Positions 39,960 through 53,614 of a stretch of 64,000 nt of DNA are shown piece by piece. This DNA is from Octopus vulgaris. Its lineage: Eukaryota. The position numbers and the translations under genes were made by a program. The notes under the pieces are model-generated. The model was given only the letters and a program-made list of their open reading frames with translations, did not search any database and was not told the DNA's origin. The stretch lies in assembly GCA_951406725.2 (NCBI GenBank), contig OX597817.1:119412001-119476000 (forward strand), in the 5' to 3' direction. Each line of letters opens with the position of its first letter. The first letter of the stretch is position 1.

Positions 39960-41018
39960 TTTCTCTTGCAATCTTTGAATCAAAATCAGGACATGACCTG
40001 GGCACAGACAAGAGAAAGGATGCATATTTTCGAGTGCATATTACTAAGCAGGAAATAAAATGAAGAAATTTGGCTTGATAGACCTTTAGAACTTTCAGAA
40101 TGAGAGAACAAGAAACCATGATGGTTTTCTGGAGGACATTTGTCCTCAGCCATTTAGATTACTGCTCCCAACTATAGTAACCACACAGTGTAAAATTAAC
40201 AACAAAACTTGAAACATTCTATTCTCTACAATGACGGGAGGAAAGATATACAGTGATATACATCTGGAAAATCTTAGAGGGACTTGTAACAAACTTTGGC
40301 ATTGGAAGTTACACAAACAACTGAATGAGGTACTACTGCATAGTACCAAAAATCTCAAGATTGCCATCAGGATAAAGGACTATATACTGCAACAGCTTGG
40401 GTTTCAAGAGTCCTCAGCTCTTCAATATCCTCCCACAAAAAAGCCTGAGACACCTGCATGGAGTGGATGTAGGTGTCTTCATAACAAAACTGGGTCTCCT
40501 CCTGTCAAGAGTCCCAGATTAAACTGCCTTGCAGCAAGAAATCCAGATGAAGGCAGCAACATCAAACTCCCTTATTCACCAAATGCCAACTATCGGTGGA
40601 GATTTTAAGTTGTGAAAGTGTAGCAGAGCTAATGGCAGTATTGGAGGCACATGGCCTAGTGGTTAGAGCAGTGGACTCGTGGTCAAGGGATTGCGGGTTC
40701 GAATTTCAGACCAGACGATGTGCATGTTTATGAGCGAAAAAACCTAAGCTCCACGTTGCTCTGGTAGAAGGTAATGGAGAAACTTCTGCGGACTCTTTCA
40801 CCACAACTTTCTCTCACTCTTTCCTCCTGCATCTTGCAGCTCACCTGTGACAGACCGGCATCTAATCCAAGTGGGGAACCTATTCACCAAGAAACCAGGA
40901 AACCAGACCTTAGGAGACAGGCATGGCTCGAGAAGGAACAAACAACAAAAGCTAATTGCAGTGCTCCAGCATGACTGTAGCTCTTGAGCTGAAACTAATA
41001 AAGAGAGAAAGAGAAAGA
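39960..41018 (+). mobile_element. 5'-truncated, decayed CR1-group LINE (end of RT domain, C-terminus and 3' UTR), interrupted by SINE B
   Basis: HDLG..FRVHITK..FRTFRMREQETMMVFWRTFVLSHLDYCSQL**PH; YSLQ*REERYTVIYIWKILEGLVTN; SLGFKSPQLFNILP; LRHLHGVDVGVFITKLGLLLSRVPD; tail ggcagtgctccagcatgactgtagctcttgagctgaaac followed by an AG-rich repeat. Confidence 0.85.
40640..40949 (+). mobile_element. tRNA-derived SINE family B inserted into the LINE 3' tail
   Basis: ggaggcacatggcctagtggttagagcagtggactcg..gggttcgaat head; (aac)n-like tail; TSD agctaat(g/t)gcagt at 40627-40639 and 40950-40962. Confidence 0.9.
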
Positions 41019-41374
41019 TATACTTATTCTATCTCTACATAATCAGAGTTCATTTCAGAATGCAGTTCAGCAGCTTTCCTTATATAACAGAAAAAAAAAC
41101 ACTTTTATCAAATAATATACTGAAAATATGTTTCCAGAGAATATTAAAGACACCTTAGCAATTTTCTCAGGTATAAGCTAGTTGTAGATTGTATTACTAT
41201 GGAAGATGAATAACACCTTAAATCTGTAAAACTAGACTAAACATATTTATATCTGCACTTTGTACAATTGTCAATCAGTGACAGATTTATGACAAGGAAA
41301 TCTGACTGACCAAGTGAACCACACTGACATAGATTTTCTGTTTAATGTGCAAACAATTCATATTTATATGCACT

Positions 41375-41630
41375 TTTACACACGCATACATACATGCTTG
41401 CATGCATACATACATACATACATACATGCATACATACATACATACATACATGCAAGCATACATACATACATACATATATACATACATATACACACACACA
41501 TATATATACATGCATATGCATCTAAGTACATCTATATATAGACATACACATAGAGTCACATTCATAACTACATGTACATATAGAGAGAGAGAGGGAGAAA
41601 GAGAGGGAAAGAGAGAGGGGGGAAGAGAGA
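41375..41630. repeat. Degenerate (CATA/CA)n followed by (GA)n simple repeat
   Basis: Direct inspection; explains ORFs 41287-41644. Confidence 0.9.
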
Positions 41631-41785
41631 AATCAGTTGATTAACGTTAGTAAGGCATTATATGAATATACATTAATTATGGTCGTCAACGCATATGCAA
41701 CACACACACACACACTCATCATTTACAATGATCATAGGGGTAATTAGTTAAAAACTTGATGTTGGATGATTAAGGTGTTGTCATA

Positions 41786-42660
41786 TTTGGCTTGTCGGTT
41801 AAGAAGCTTGCTTTGCAACTATGTAGTTTGGGTACGGTTCCTACTCCTTGCAAACTTGGGCAACTGCCATCTTTCTGCTATAGCTCCAGGCTCACTAATG
41901 CTTTGTAAGTGAATTTGTTTTAAGAAATCTGTGTGGAAACTCATCATGCATATGTGAGTGTATGTGTTTATAACTGTGCGGACTGACTCCTGTGCAGGTG
42001 GCAAGTGAAGAAGCACCATTTTGACCCTGTGCTTGAGGAGATCCATTGAGTCAAGTACACCAACATCAAAATCAATGGAAACTGCAGTTGTAATCCCTGT
42101 GCCGGTGGCATGTAAAAAGCACCATCTGAACATGGTCAATGGCAGCGCTGCCTAGACTGGCTTCCGTGCCGGTGGCACGTAAAAAGCACCATCCGAATCG
42201 TAGCCGATGCCAGCGCTGCCTTGACTGGCTTCTGTGCCGGTGGCACGTAAAATGCACCAATCCGATAATGGCCATTGCCAGCCTCGCCTGGCATGTAAAA
42301 AGCACCCACTACACTCACAGAGTGGTTGGTGTTAGGAAGGGCATCCAGCTGTAGAAACACTGCCAGATCAGACTGGAGCCTGATGCAGCCTCCTGGCTTC
42401 CCAGATCCCCGGTCGAACCATCCAACCCATGCTAGCATGGAGAATGGACGTTAAACGATGATGATGACGATGATGTGTTTTGGTATCTCAGTTTGTCCCC
42501 TCTCCATTGCATGATAACTGGTGTTGGTTTATTTACATCACCTATAACTTAGTGTTTTAGCAAAAATAAGTGATATAATGCATACACGACATAAAAAAAC
42601 TCAAGTATTGGGATGCCCCAGCATGGCCGCAATTTAATGACTGAAATAAGTAAAAGATAA
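41786..42660 (+). mobile_element. Diverged SINE family A split by a family C insertion
   Basis: Head ggcttgtcggttaagaagcttgc..cttgggcaa..ctatagc to 41969; resumes ~42481 and ends ccagcatggccgcaatttaatgactgaaataagtaaaagataa. Confidence 0.8.
41970..42472 (+). mobile_element. Family C retroposon (5'-truncated) with internal ~67-bp tandem units and (GAT)n tail
   Basis: Repeated gtgccggtggcacgtaaaaagcacc; 3' end ggttggtgttaggaagggcatccagc..ccatgctagcatgg..gacgttaaacgatgatgat; TSD atgtgttt at 41962-41969 and 42473-42480. Confidence 0.88.
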
Positions 42661-45600
42661 CCGACAGATATAGTTTATTAAAGACCAATATGTTAATTAT
42701 TGTGGTTTAAACTTACCTAGTTTAAACTAGAAGTCAACTTATGATATTTAAGTATTTTGTAATTTTGTGAACACATGAAATTACACTTACATCCCATTAG
42801 TGTATTATTTTCAGCACTTAGATTTGATACAATCTACTTTCGCTTCTATTACCCTTAATTGCTAAAGCAGTGACAATAATATTTTGCTGCAGTGTGATTT
42901 GTATATATATATATAATACACACATGCTCACACACACACACATATAGAGAACAAGAGAGAGGCAGATAGATAGATAGATAGATAAAGTTAATCATGTGTT
43001 CATAGTAACTATATATTGCAAAGTAGTGACACCTGACGTTTATTTGTTTATTACCTTCTTACAACAAGGCCAAATATTATGATTCAGGTCTCCTTTCACA
43101 CACATACATGTGCACGTGTGCACACACACACACACTCTCTCTCTCACACACACACACACAATTATACAAATTATACTACTTTACAAGTGGTTTTGCAAAG
43201 AATTTCATGAGAATTCAATTATTCGTATTTGCGTGTATGTTTATGTGTGTCACTAGGCAAAATATAAAATTTTAAGAATGCAATATGCAATAAAAACGTG
43301 TCTGTATAAGCTCTCTCCCTTTCTTTCTCTTTCTCAATTGATAGAAAGATAGGCAGACAGATAAATACACACACACACAAACACACACACACACAGATAC
43401 ATGTGTTAACTTCCAGATGAGTATATATGAGCTTGAATACAATGATGTGAATGAAAGAAAATGATAATTATGAAAATATTAAATATAACAAAGTTTTTAG
43501 ATGAATTCCCATTGAAGATAATAAATTCGTCACCTCTTTCATTTTTATTATCTGTGAAAGGTAAATGGTAAATCTACACTAGAAAACATTGCTATCTCAA
43601 GGCTATTGCAACATTGTGTATCATTGATGTAGTGTAGAATATTCAGATAAATAACTTTGATGTGATATATGTCATAGATATAAAATATCAATGGATCAAG
43701 AAGAAAATTGTCAGAAAGACCTAGTAACCCTTGTGTGACTGATTTTCTAGCTTATTGTTTTGTTGTATGGTCACTCATTGAACTACATGTCTTCCTGTGT
43801 GACTGGCTATCATATTCTATCATATCCAAAAAGAATAAGCATAGTAGTTTTGGGCAGAATTTGAACCCAGAACTATTATCAACTGAATGTAAGTCATCCT
43901 ATTTTGTTTGTACGTCTCCAAATACACTATCAGAATATATCAGAGCTAGATACATATCAATTTTGTCAGGCAATCTTAGGAAGCATTCCACAACAAAAAT
44001 GAAAACACCATGACACTAGCACTAATTATTGGTTCTAGAGTTTTGGAAATGATAGATTATTGAAAGTATGAGAAAATAATTGACTGGTTTACAGTTGCTT
44101 GAATGCTAAGAGTAAAGATAGTTCTTTTCTATGAGACAGAGTAACAAAGCAGAGCAGAGGCTGATAAAAAGTTATCCACTACATATTAAGTTCAATTTAA
44201 TCTTTTGCATGGTGGTCTGTGAGTGAGATACAGCTTTCAAACAAGGAAACATCTTAATGTGTTAATAATTTAGAATGTATTGATTTTATCTTATGGTCGC
44301 TTCACACCATAAGGTTTCTAGATGATGGCATTTTTAAATCTCATTTGATCAGCCTATTAATGAACAAATGATAGAATTATCTGAGCTACTATGAAACCTA
44401 CCTATAAATTATTTGAGCATATTTGAGTGATTGATTGATGGTCATTTAGTTAAGTTTCAAATCTCAGATTTTGAATTCCATTTAAAAATTTTCAACATTA
44501 GCATGATTTATGGATGAAAATCAAATCAGGAAGAAGGATTCATTTTTGAGAGGGGTTTTTGCCCCTAAGATTTTACTATTTTCAAAATTAATATTACCAA
44601 AAGAAACTACATTCTTTTCTTTTATTTCTTCATGTGGGGAGGAGCATTTAGTCACTCAGATCCAGCTCTATATGGATAGAAAGAGATAGAACATGAGCAA
44701 CACTGGCTTTCAGATTTGATTAAACATATATACAGCTATGGACACAGACATACACATAGACAAATATATACATGTAAGATAGGCTCCTGCAGAGTTCCTA
44801 TCTCCCAAACCTTTCTCAGAAGGTCCATCTTAGGCTATAATATAACAACAGTTTGTTTGTTTGTTTTTTTTTTATTATTATTAATCAGCTTCTATTAAAT
44901 ATTCTTCCAATAGTGGAACTGTCCTAAAAGATACACTATTTCAGGATTCAAACATTCTAGATTTCTAGTAACTACCTTATCTTCTATAAATATCAATATC
45001 ATTATAGACAATATATTTGACATTAAGATTTCAGTTATGAACACTAAACTGTAATAAACCTTTGATCCTCTAACATTCTGTCAGCTGTTTTCCATTATAT
45101 TAAAATCTGCTCAATGACTGAAAGAATTATACTTCATTTATTAGCAATGAATCTGAGCCTTCCTCTTGAAAGATATCATTTCTTTCTCCACTTCTTCATA
45201 GTCTTCCACTACATTATTGAAATGATTGGGAATTATTTTAATTTAAAAGAATATTGGGTTTTTTTTTTTATACTCAATAACTATGAAGGTGTTCAACTGT
45301 GCAAGCATTATGTAATACTTCATTTTTTGCAGATATATCACTTTCTGTCTTGGCACATTATCAGAATTGTCTTTCCCAGTTAAGTGTAAAATTCAGTGAA
45401 ATCATATGTGTCCATGTAACTAGGTTTCCAAATATAAGTACAAGTAAGTTGGTGTAATACTATACAATTAAGCCAAATATTTTTAGCAAACCACCTTTGT
45501 CTTTCAAGCAGAATCCTTGATGTTTACTTCTAAGCTGAATATCTAAGTAAATTATTGAACATCTTATATTCAGATAGTATTAGTTTGACTTATATCACTA

Positions 45601-48600
45601 AGTCAGGTGTTACTGAACATCAATGTTATTTATTAACTAAAAGCAATTATTTTTAAGGCTTAATATTGGTTGACTCAGGTGTAACTTAAAAATATACAAT
45701 TTGCTTGTTTTCTTTTTTTTAGCATAACAATAGCATTATCTGTTTAGTAACAAACTAAATGTTTTTCATTGCTCAGGAGTAGAATTTCATGTCATTTATA
45801 AAGTCAGGTAGTTTTTGTACTGAAAATATTTAGTGCTGAGTTGATGAGTTAACCAACATTTCACAGTATTTATAAATGAATTCTTAAGTAATACGTAAAA
45901 AAAAAAATCTCATTAAAATACCGTGTGCAAATAGACAACCATGATAATGCTTAATCAAATTATTTGAAAGATTATCACCACTTCTGAAGCTTCTGTTGAA
46001 TGTGTATACAAAATACCGTTGATATAATTTCAATAGAAATATTCCTTCAGGAAAGTTGGTAATGAGAATCATTCTAATAAAATCCATATTGAAATTTGTT
46101 CTTTTCTTCAAATCTGGATCTTCTTTCACCCAAATTACAGTCTCTTATCACAACTTGTGACTTCAGAACACAGGAAAATACACATTGGCTATATTGTTTG
46201 AAGAAATAGATTAACCTCACAGACTCATAGAAAATTGCACTAGAATATATATATATACCAATTACTATCATGATGTTATATTATTTTTTAATTTTTCATT
46301 TATTTACCCACTCATTCTTTCTCATCCTATTTCATTTCTTTTATTCAAGTAAGAGCATAACATGCAGAACTGTTACATATGTTTATCATTTCATATTAAG
46401 CAAATGCAGTTCTTTTTTTACATGGATACATGCTTGGTAATTACAGAATAATGTTTTTCATTTTTTCTCCCATCAATCCATTTTTTTGTTTCTTTTCCAT
46501 CACATCTTGTAAGATGTTACATGTAAAAACAAATGTAGTTAAAGGAAAGCTGAATACATTAATACAAGAATGTAGAACCTATTAACATTCATATCTTAGG
46601 GGTAAGATCATTGCAATGAATATATCTAACATTACTAGGTTACTTTGTTTAGGAAGAAATAATAAATACTTTTATCAAATGTGGTCATACAAATGGAATA
46701 CAGTCCTTCATCTCAGCACTTAAGAAGTACTTCATTTCAAACAAGGAATACTTTCAAACAATATACAAAGTTCAAAAAAGGGTGGGGGAGGGGGCAATTG
46801 CACAAGCAGGGGTGTATAACACACACTTACAATGAAAAACTACTTGTTTTATGGTATAACTGTCATGTCAAATAGAAAGAATTTTCTTTAAATAAAGTAC
46901 TGAAATATCCTAAACAATATTTATGCTTCATGAGAGTATGAATATGATAAAAAGCCAATTAATTGTTTGTATTAGAATTTTGGAACTGAAACAAATTAGT
47001 GATTCAGTTGTGATGGGTTGTTCAATTTACATGGAGAATAGATCTATATTGAACATTTAATTTTCAGCCAGTTGACACTCAGCTTTGAGAACAATATTGA
47101 AACCTACAACATGTTTTATGTAGGTGTATTGAAAAAAGAGAGAGAAAGAGTGAATATGGAAAAGAAAGTGTACATGCACTCACACGAATAATGAATGTAT
47201 TTTATACAGTCTTCACTTTCAATATTGTATATTATTTTCTACTCTACATAATACAGGAAATAATAATAAGAAAAAAAATAATAACTTGGAAGATAAAACA
47301 TAGGCATTGTAATGCAAATATGCTCTCAAAATAGTTTTCAAAAAAGGGTAAAGGAAGTAAAACAGCTCAGTCCAGTAATCAGATTCACATGTGTGTGTGT
47401 TCTACATGTATATGTATATACATATGGTAAATAGTTATATACACACAAAAAACGTGAGTGTGGGTAAGAAAAGGAGAGAAAGAGAATAGTAGAATAGAAG
47501 GTAAATTCCTGACAAGCTTAAACCGTGATCTGGTTAGAATTTCTGGTTAAATTTCATTCCACACCATTAATGCCTAAGTTAAAAGTGTGAATGTCATTCA
47601 ATATCCCTTTCTATCTCATGCAAATGTGAAGCCTGATGTCAATGTAGTAAATAGGTAGAGTTAGTTTTACATGCATTATCACACTTTTGTAATAGCATTG
47701 TTAGATTTGACAGCTTATTTTAATATTTGTTCTGCAGAATATTGTTCTACTTTGTAAGCAGAATTCACAAGTTAATCCAAAACTATAACTAGCCTGATAA
47801 ACTATTACAGAAATGAAAGAAATACAAACATGTGTTTGTGTGTGTAAAAAAGAGGAGAGCAGAGAGAGTGTTGTAGAGAGAGGTATCAAAGAATTACATT
47901 TCATTAATATCTGAAGACATGTATTTTATAATTAATGAAAATAAAAAAATTCATAAAATGTGGAATTGTTAATAATTGCAGTAACAGCATTGATGTAATC
48001 CAATTTCATGCAAGAGATTTTTAATTAAAATGTGTAATCCTCTTGTTACTATCAGAGAAGAATTTAAAAATATATAAGCATGTGGTTTTGGAGACAATAA
48101 AAGAGGATATATAAAATATGCATATATATTATTTTTATATAACATATGGGTATTATAAAAATAAATGTGTTATAAAGAATGATGAAAACATAATTTAAAG
48201 TTAAAAACAAATTAATTTATATTCCCTCACACTAAGCTCATTTGAAAGATATGTATAATATAGATAATTTTGTATAAAGTCTATGCATGAAAGTATATAT
48301 ATATATATATATATATAATACTTATATATCATAATTATTTAATAGGAGCTTGTATGAATGGAGGTGTGTATATGTTTATGGATCTATGAGCAGGTGTGTA
48401 CACATGCTGTTAATAAGTATGTTTTGGTATATAGAAATCTGAAAGAAGTTAAGATTTTATTTGCAAAAAGAACTAAGTAGATAGATTCAGTATCCATGTA
48501 TCTCACAGCATGAATGCCATTGTAAATGAATCAATAGGTAATTATCATAAACATGTTGAACTGATTTATGGCAGTTCCATAAACTTATTTTGATATTCAC

Positions 48601-48720
48601 AATAAACCATCCAATTGAGTTCACAGAGTAAGACTAAATGATAAGCAATGCCATCAATATGACTGGTATTGCATACCATATTTCAATGACAAACAACCAA
48701 ACTGAATTAGATATATCAAT

Positions 48721-48865
48721 CATCATCATCGTTTAACATCCGCTTTCCATGCTAGCATGGGTCGGACAGTTCGACTGGGGTCTTGGAAGCCGGGAGGCTG
48801 CACCCGGCCCAGTCTGATCTGGAAGTGTTTCTACAGCTGGATGCCCTTCCTAATGCCAACCACTC
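48721..48865 (-). mobile_element. Family C 3' tail only (5'-truncated)
   Basis: catcatcatcgtttaacatccgctttccatgctagcatggg..gctggatgcccttcctaatgccaaccactc is the reverse complement of ~42320-42465. Confidence 0.9.
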
Positions 48866-51136
48866 AATATCTAAGTAATAAAAAATAAGAACACTTTAAA
48901 ATTAGCAAGTGTCCCATAAGCTTCAAGTACTATGTAAAAGTGGCATGGAGAGGGCTGAATTCCACTTTTCTGATTTGCTTTAAATGTAGTACAGCAAGAC
49001 TAATAATTAGTGGATTCCAATGACTGAAGATATTTATAAGACTCAAAGAAAGAAAATAAATTTTTTTTTTAATGATTTATATTCATTGTTTTACCTCCTG
49101 TCGGTAAGATGTTTCTCAAAGCATTGTTTTCTCAGCTAATTGCATTCCTTACCACTAATTCCTCTGTGACTCAGTAGAAAAGGAACATCTGTCAGTAATT
49201 GCTATGTACCATGTTCAAAATACAACACATTTGATAAGTCTTAGATTTTGACCATGCTGTGAAATAACCAGCAGAAGGATCTAGATACAAAGCTTTAACA
49301 GATAAAATATCTTTATATTTTCCTCATCTTGTGACGTGCACAATATTTAATATCTTTCTTTCAGTGCAAATGATTTGATAGACAAAACTATATTTAGCAC
49401 ATATTCTAAAGCCTAGAACATGCACAAGCCATACAATGCCAGACACGAATATAGGAAATTTTAGATTAAAGGGAAAATAATGAATAATGATTAGCTTATG
49501 AATATTTTGGTCTGATACTGAAGTAGTTACATGTCAGGATAAATTTGGCTTCAAGTTCCTGCTTTGCTTTTCTGCTTATTTATTGCCAAAGGATTTATAA
49601 TAGAAGATTAGCTAGGTATTTGAGTCTTCCAGTGGAAGATTCATAATTTATATTCATTTTTTAATCTTATACTCTGCTAAGAGCAAAGCACATCCCTTTA
49701 GCCACTGAACTAATTATACAGAAAATGAGAGAATTTCTTATGAGTTAAACACCAAACTAACTGCAAAATAGCATGTAAACTAATTGATTTATATTACATC
49801 TATTATTGTTGATATGACTTACTACTCCCATCCCCTCATACAGTTTGTGTCAACATTTATCCCTCGTCTCTCTATTCTGAAGTCAAGGACTGATAGATTC
49901 TTTCCTCTGAATCATTAATTCCTGGTTTTCTGTACTGTAAATGCCAAAAGTACCCTTACTGATAGACGGAAAGAAGAGAAAGTATATGAATTACAATTAA
50001 ATGCCATGTTAACTGAGCAACAGGAGATGACAACCCAAATGACTTAACTACAGAGATATGAAGAAATAACATTTACAATTATATTCAAAACCTTGAAACA
50101 GAGAGAGAGAGACAGAGATATATAGATAGATAGATAGAGAGAGAGGTTCCACTGCAACTTGCCTCACACCAAAAAAGATTACTTCACAGACAATATACTC
50201 ATCATGCTGAGCAACTGAAACTAAATAAAATAAAAATAGATAAATATGATAGTATTCCTGTTATTCATGGATATATATACTTCAGAATTTTAACTTTTGA
50301 TTTCACTTTTTTGCACAGAAATATGTTGATGTTTTCTAACTGTTTTGTTATGAAAATGTCAGATGAAAAAAAAAAATGATTTGCAAATAAAATATATGAT
50401 AACAAAGAAAATATTGACTTATTTTTCGACATGAGTAACAGTAAACCAATAAATGACAAGATTTAATTTAGAAGGAAACCAAATAATTCAAAATATTGAA
50501 GTAATAATAATGTTTCTTAAATTTTCCTCCATCATAATTATAAAATTCCTATATAATACAAGGTGCAAAAAGATACTGCAATTTAAAGAGAAACAATAAA
50601 TTTCCGGATCCATGATTATTTTAATATAAAGTGACTTCTACACTAGTAATAATACCATACTACCAAATTACTGGAGAAAAAAAAAAGCAGATAAGACATT
50701 ACATGCATAACAAACGATACTTTAAGAAATATAATTACTTCATAAGGGAAGTATACATGTAGAAATATGTATTGATATTTAATTTCAACTTCTTTAATGA
50801 AGAGGAAACCTAATGATAACACTTTTTACAAGAAAATATACAAAGAATTTTTATAAAAACTAAGAAATAATATTGTCAATCAAACAGAAATATTTGATTT
50901 TGCTGAAACTTATAAAAGTGCAAATTTTATAGTATGCTTTGATTAGTACTAGTTGTTTTTGTGCACACATGTATATGTTTGTATGGTTGCACACATATGC
51001 ATATGTAAGAAAATGATACAGGATTCACTTATGTAGAAAATTACTAGTGTCTACCAGCAAAAATATCTGTCTAAGATAACATGCTACAATTATGATACTA
51101 AACTGTCATTTGGGTCACAAAATGTGTGTGTATGTA

Positions 51137-51174
<38 letters not shown>

Positions 51175-51313
51175 CATGACCACTAATCTTGTTACTTAAC
51201 TCTCCCTGTATCTGTTTCTTACTTTCTCTTTCCTTCCCTATATATGAAGTAAAGTGAGACTGAAGAATCCAACCAACATTTATATTAGCTATTATAATAA
51301 ACAGAATATATAT

Positions 51314-51523
51314 TAAGGTGGCTAGGTGGCAGAATCATTAGCAAGCCAATCAAAAGGCTTAGCAGCATTTTCATCCACCATGACATTCTGAGTCCAAATT
51401 CCACCAAGGTCGATTTGCATTTCATCTTTTCAGGGTTAATAAGTACCAGTCAAGTACTGGTGATTGACTATCTCCCTTCCCCCTCAAATTTCAGGCTTTG
51501 TGTCTTCAGCAGAAAGGATTATT
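51314..51523 (+). mobile_element. Short interspersed family D
   Basis: taaggtggctaggtggcagaatcattagc..gcttagcagcattt..cattctgagtccaaattccaccaaggtcgat..taagtaccagt..caaatttcaggctttgtg. Confidence 0.82.
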
Positions 51524-51530
51524 AAATAGA

Positions 51531-51575
<45 letters not shown>

Positions 51576-51707
51576 ATGAGGGAATATTATTACAAACTTA
51601 CAGGGAAAAATTCAATTTAGAAATACTAAATCAAATTTCACAAAATATCATATACATATATAAATTAGAAAAAAAATTAATAATTATGTGTTGGTAAACT
51701 TATCATA

Positions 51708-52101
51708 GGTGCAGGCGTGGCTGTGTGGTAAATAGCTTGTTTACCAACCACATGGTTCCGGGTTCAATCCCACTGTGTGGCACCTTGGGCAAGTGTTTTC
51801 TACTATAGCCTTGGGCTGACCAAAGCCTTGTGAGTGGATTTGGAAGACGGAAACTGAAAGAAGCCCGTCGTATATATGTATATATATGTATGCGTGTGTG
51901 TGTGTTTGTCCCCCTAGCATTGCTTGACAGCCGATGCTGGTGTGTTTATGTCCCCGTTACTTAGCGGTTCGGCAAAAGAGACCGATAGAATAAGTACTGG
52001 GCTTGCCAAACAATAAGTCCCGGGGTCGAGTTGCTCGAGTAAAGGCGGTGCTCCAGCATGGCCGCAGTCAAATGACTGAAACAAGTAAAAGAGTAAAAGA
52101 G
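51708..52101 (+). mobile_element. SINE family A, best-preserved full-length copy (tRNA-like head, CORE-like segment, internal microsatellite, LINE-like tail)
   Basis: ggtgcaggcgtggctgtgtggtaa (A box)..gggttcaatccc (B box)..accttgggcaagtg..; retains many CpGs; tail ggcggtgctccagcatggccgcagtcaaatgactgaaac(aagtaaaagag). Confidence 0.95.
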
Positions 52102-52173
52102 TATATATATGATATGATATATGATATATATGATATAATATATATTATAATATATAAACTAATTATATAATTA

Positions 52174-52177
<4 letters not shown>

Positions 52178-52257
<80 letters not shown>
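52178..52257. repeat. (TA)n microsatellite, ~40 units
   Basis: Direct inspection; other long (TA)n runs lie near 646, 12667, 12778, 14995, 16301 and 39626. Confidence 0.97.
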
Positions 52258-52260
<3 letters not shown>

Positions 52261-52404
52261 TTTCCTCTGTGTGCAGTTAGATGTACAACATCTATTGGTG
52301 ATTTTAGAGTTCCATGCTGTGTATCATCATCCAAACTACTTTAAGCAAAGTATTGTGGTTTCCACTGTACTTGTTAGTATTGTGAATTATGGCATGTTTT
52401 GTGC

Positions 52405-52920
52405 GATGTAGTTGTTTTTGTTTAAGACCATTACCAGTACTGGTCTAATAAGCCTAAGATCAAAGTCATTTCATCACATTTTATTGTATACACAAGACTA
52501 CGTTGTATAATATGTCCTACACTTTTTAAAACAGTAGGGTTTGACTTGAGATAGATTTGGCAACTATTTCTAGTTGGCTGAATGAATGTACACCTGCTTG
52601 CATGTTGCATGTTAATTTGTACTATGTTCATATATATAGTGTGGTATATTGTTATGTGATGGCGTAGGATGGTGGCATGCAGTTGCGTGTTATTTGATTG
52701 AGTCGAGTAGTGTTTGATGCTGTATGGTAAGATGTATAGGTATATAGTTAAGGCTATTCCACCAAAGTTTCAGCTCTGACCATTCTGTCTGTTTTCTAGG
52801 CCAACATTGATCAATATGCCATTCGTTTTTAAAGCAAGTGTGGCATGAGTTGAAAAAAATTTGACTGCCATGTCTGGAAGGATTGAGTGACTGATAGAAG
52901 CTTCCTTATAGGCTCATACC
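52405..52920 (+). repeat. Two family E copies (~52405-52600 and ~52775-52920)
   Basis: cctaagatcaaagtcatttca..tttttaaaacagtagggtttgacttgagatagatttggcaactatttctag; second copy ends gagtgactgatagaagcttccttataggctc. Confidence 0.55.
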
Positions 52921-53082
52921 AAAATGAGTCTCTTGCACAGAGGTGAATCCAGGATTCATTCAGATATCAATACATTTCCAAGATGCAATACTTGATGTTG
53001 AAATCCCATTTTTATGCTTGATAAACAAGAACTTATCACTGTAAACTACTAAACTACTACTGAATGAGGAAAAAGCCATAAC

Positions 53083-53138
<56 letters not shown>

Positions 53139-53148
53139 TGATGATGAT
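53083..53148. repeat. (AAT)n/(GAT)n trinucleotide microsatellite
   Basis: Direct inspection; explains the poly-Ile ORF 52960-53169. Confidence 0.97.
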
Positions 53149-53614
53149 TAAATGATGCTTTGATATCATTGGGTAAACAGAAAGCCAATTTCATCATCTA
53201 AATACAGTACTGTGAATTGAACTGATATTAGCATTTGAATTTAGTTTTTCCCTGGAGGATAAAAGCAAATTCAATGCTAGTACCATTTGAAATAAAAAAA
53301 AAACAGTTCAGTTCAGCTTTCAGTTGACAGCTGTATGGCCATCATACTAAAATTATTATTTCATTTATATAACATTTATGAGAAGAAGGAATGCGGTTTA
53401 TTAAATTAGCCCTCTAGCTATTACTGATGGTTTATGAAAGGCAATATAGATTGTAGTTAGATTTGAATTTGATTATCAGATAAAATGTAAAACAACTATT
53501 AATTACAATCATGAGACTAATTTAAGTGATACTGACGAAAAAAAAATTAAAACAAAGCAGCTACATTACCTTCAGTTCAAACACAGCACCTAGAAATATG
53601 TACCGAGAATAATG

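Noticed and set aside
40231-40608. 125-aa ORF
   Set aside because: Off-frame reading of the decayed LINE; the homologous frame is a different, stop-containing one.
41991-42310. CRISPR-like repeat/spacer appearance
   Set aside because: The spacers are similar to each other, the repeats are degenerate, the array lies within a TSD-flanked retroposon in animal DNA, and no cas genes are present.
45884-46271. Minus-strand ORFs as further exons of the CUB gene (also 61101-61307)
   Set aside because: No CUB or signal-peptide motifs and no convincing paired splice sites.
53570-53589. Possible 20-nt minus-strand micro-exon (tttctAG|gtgctgtgtttgaactgaag|GTAATG)
   Set aside because: Such splice-like matches are expected by chance in 64 kb; no homology or transcript support is available.
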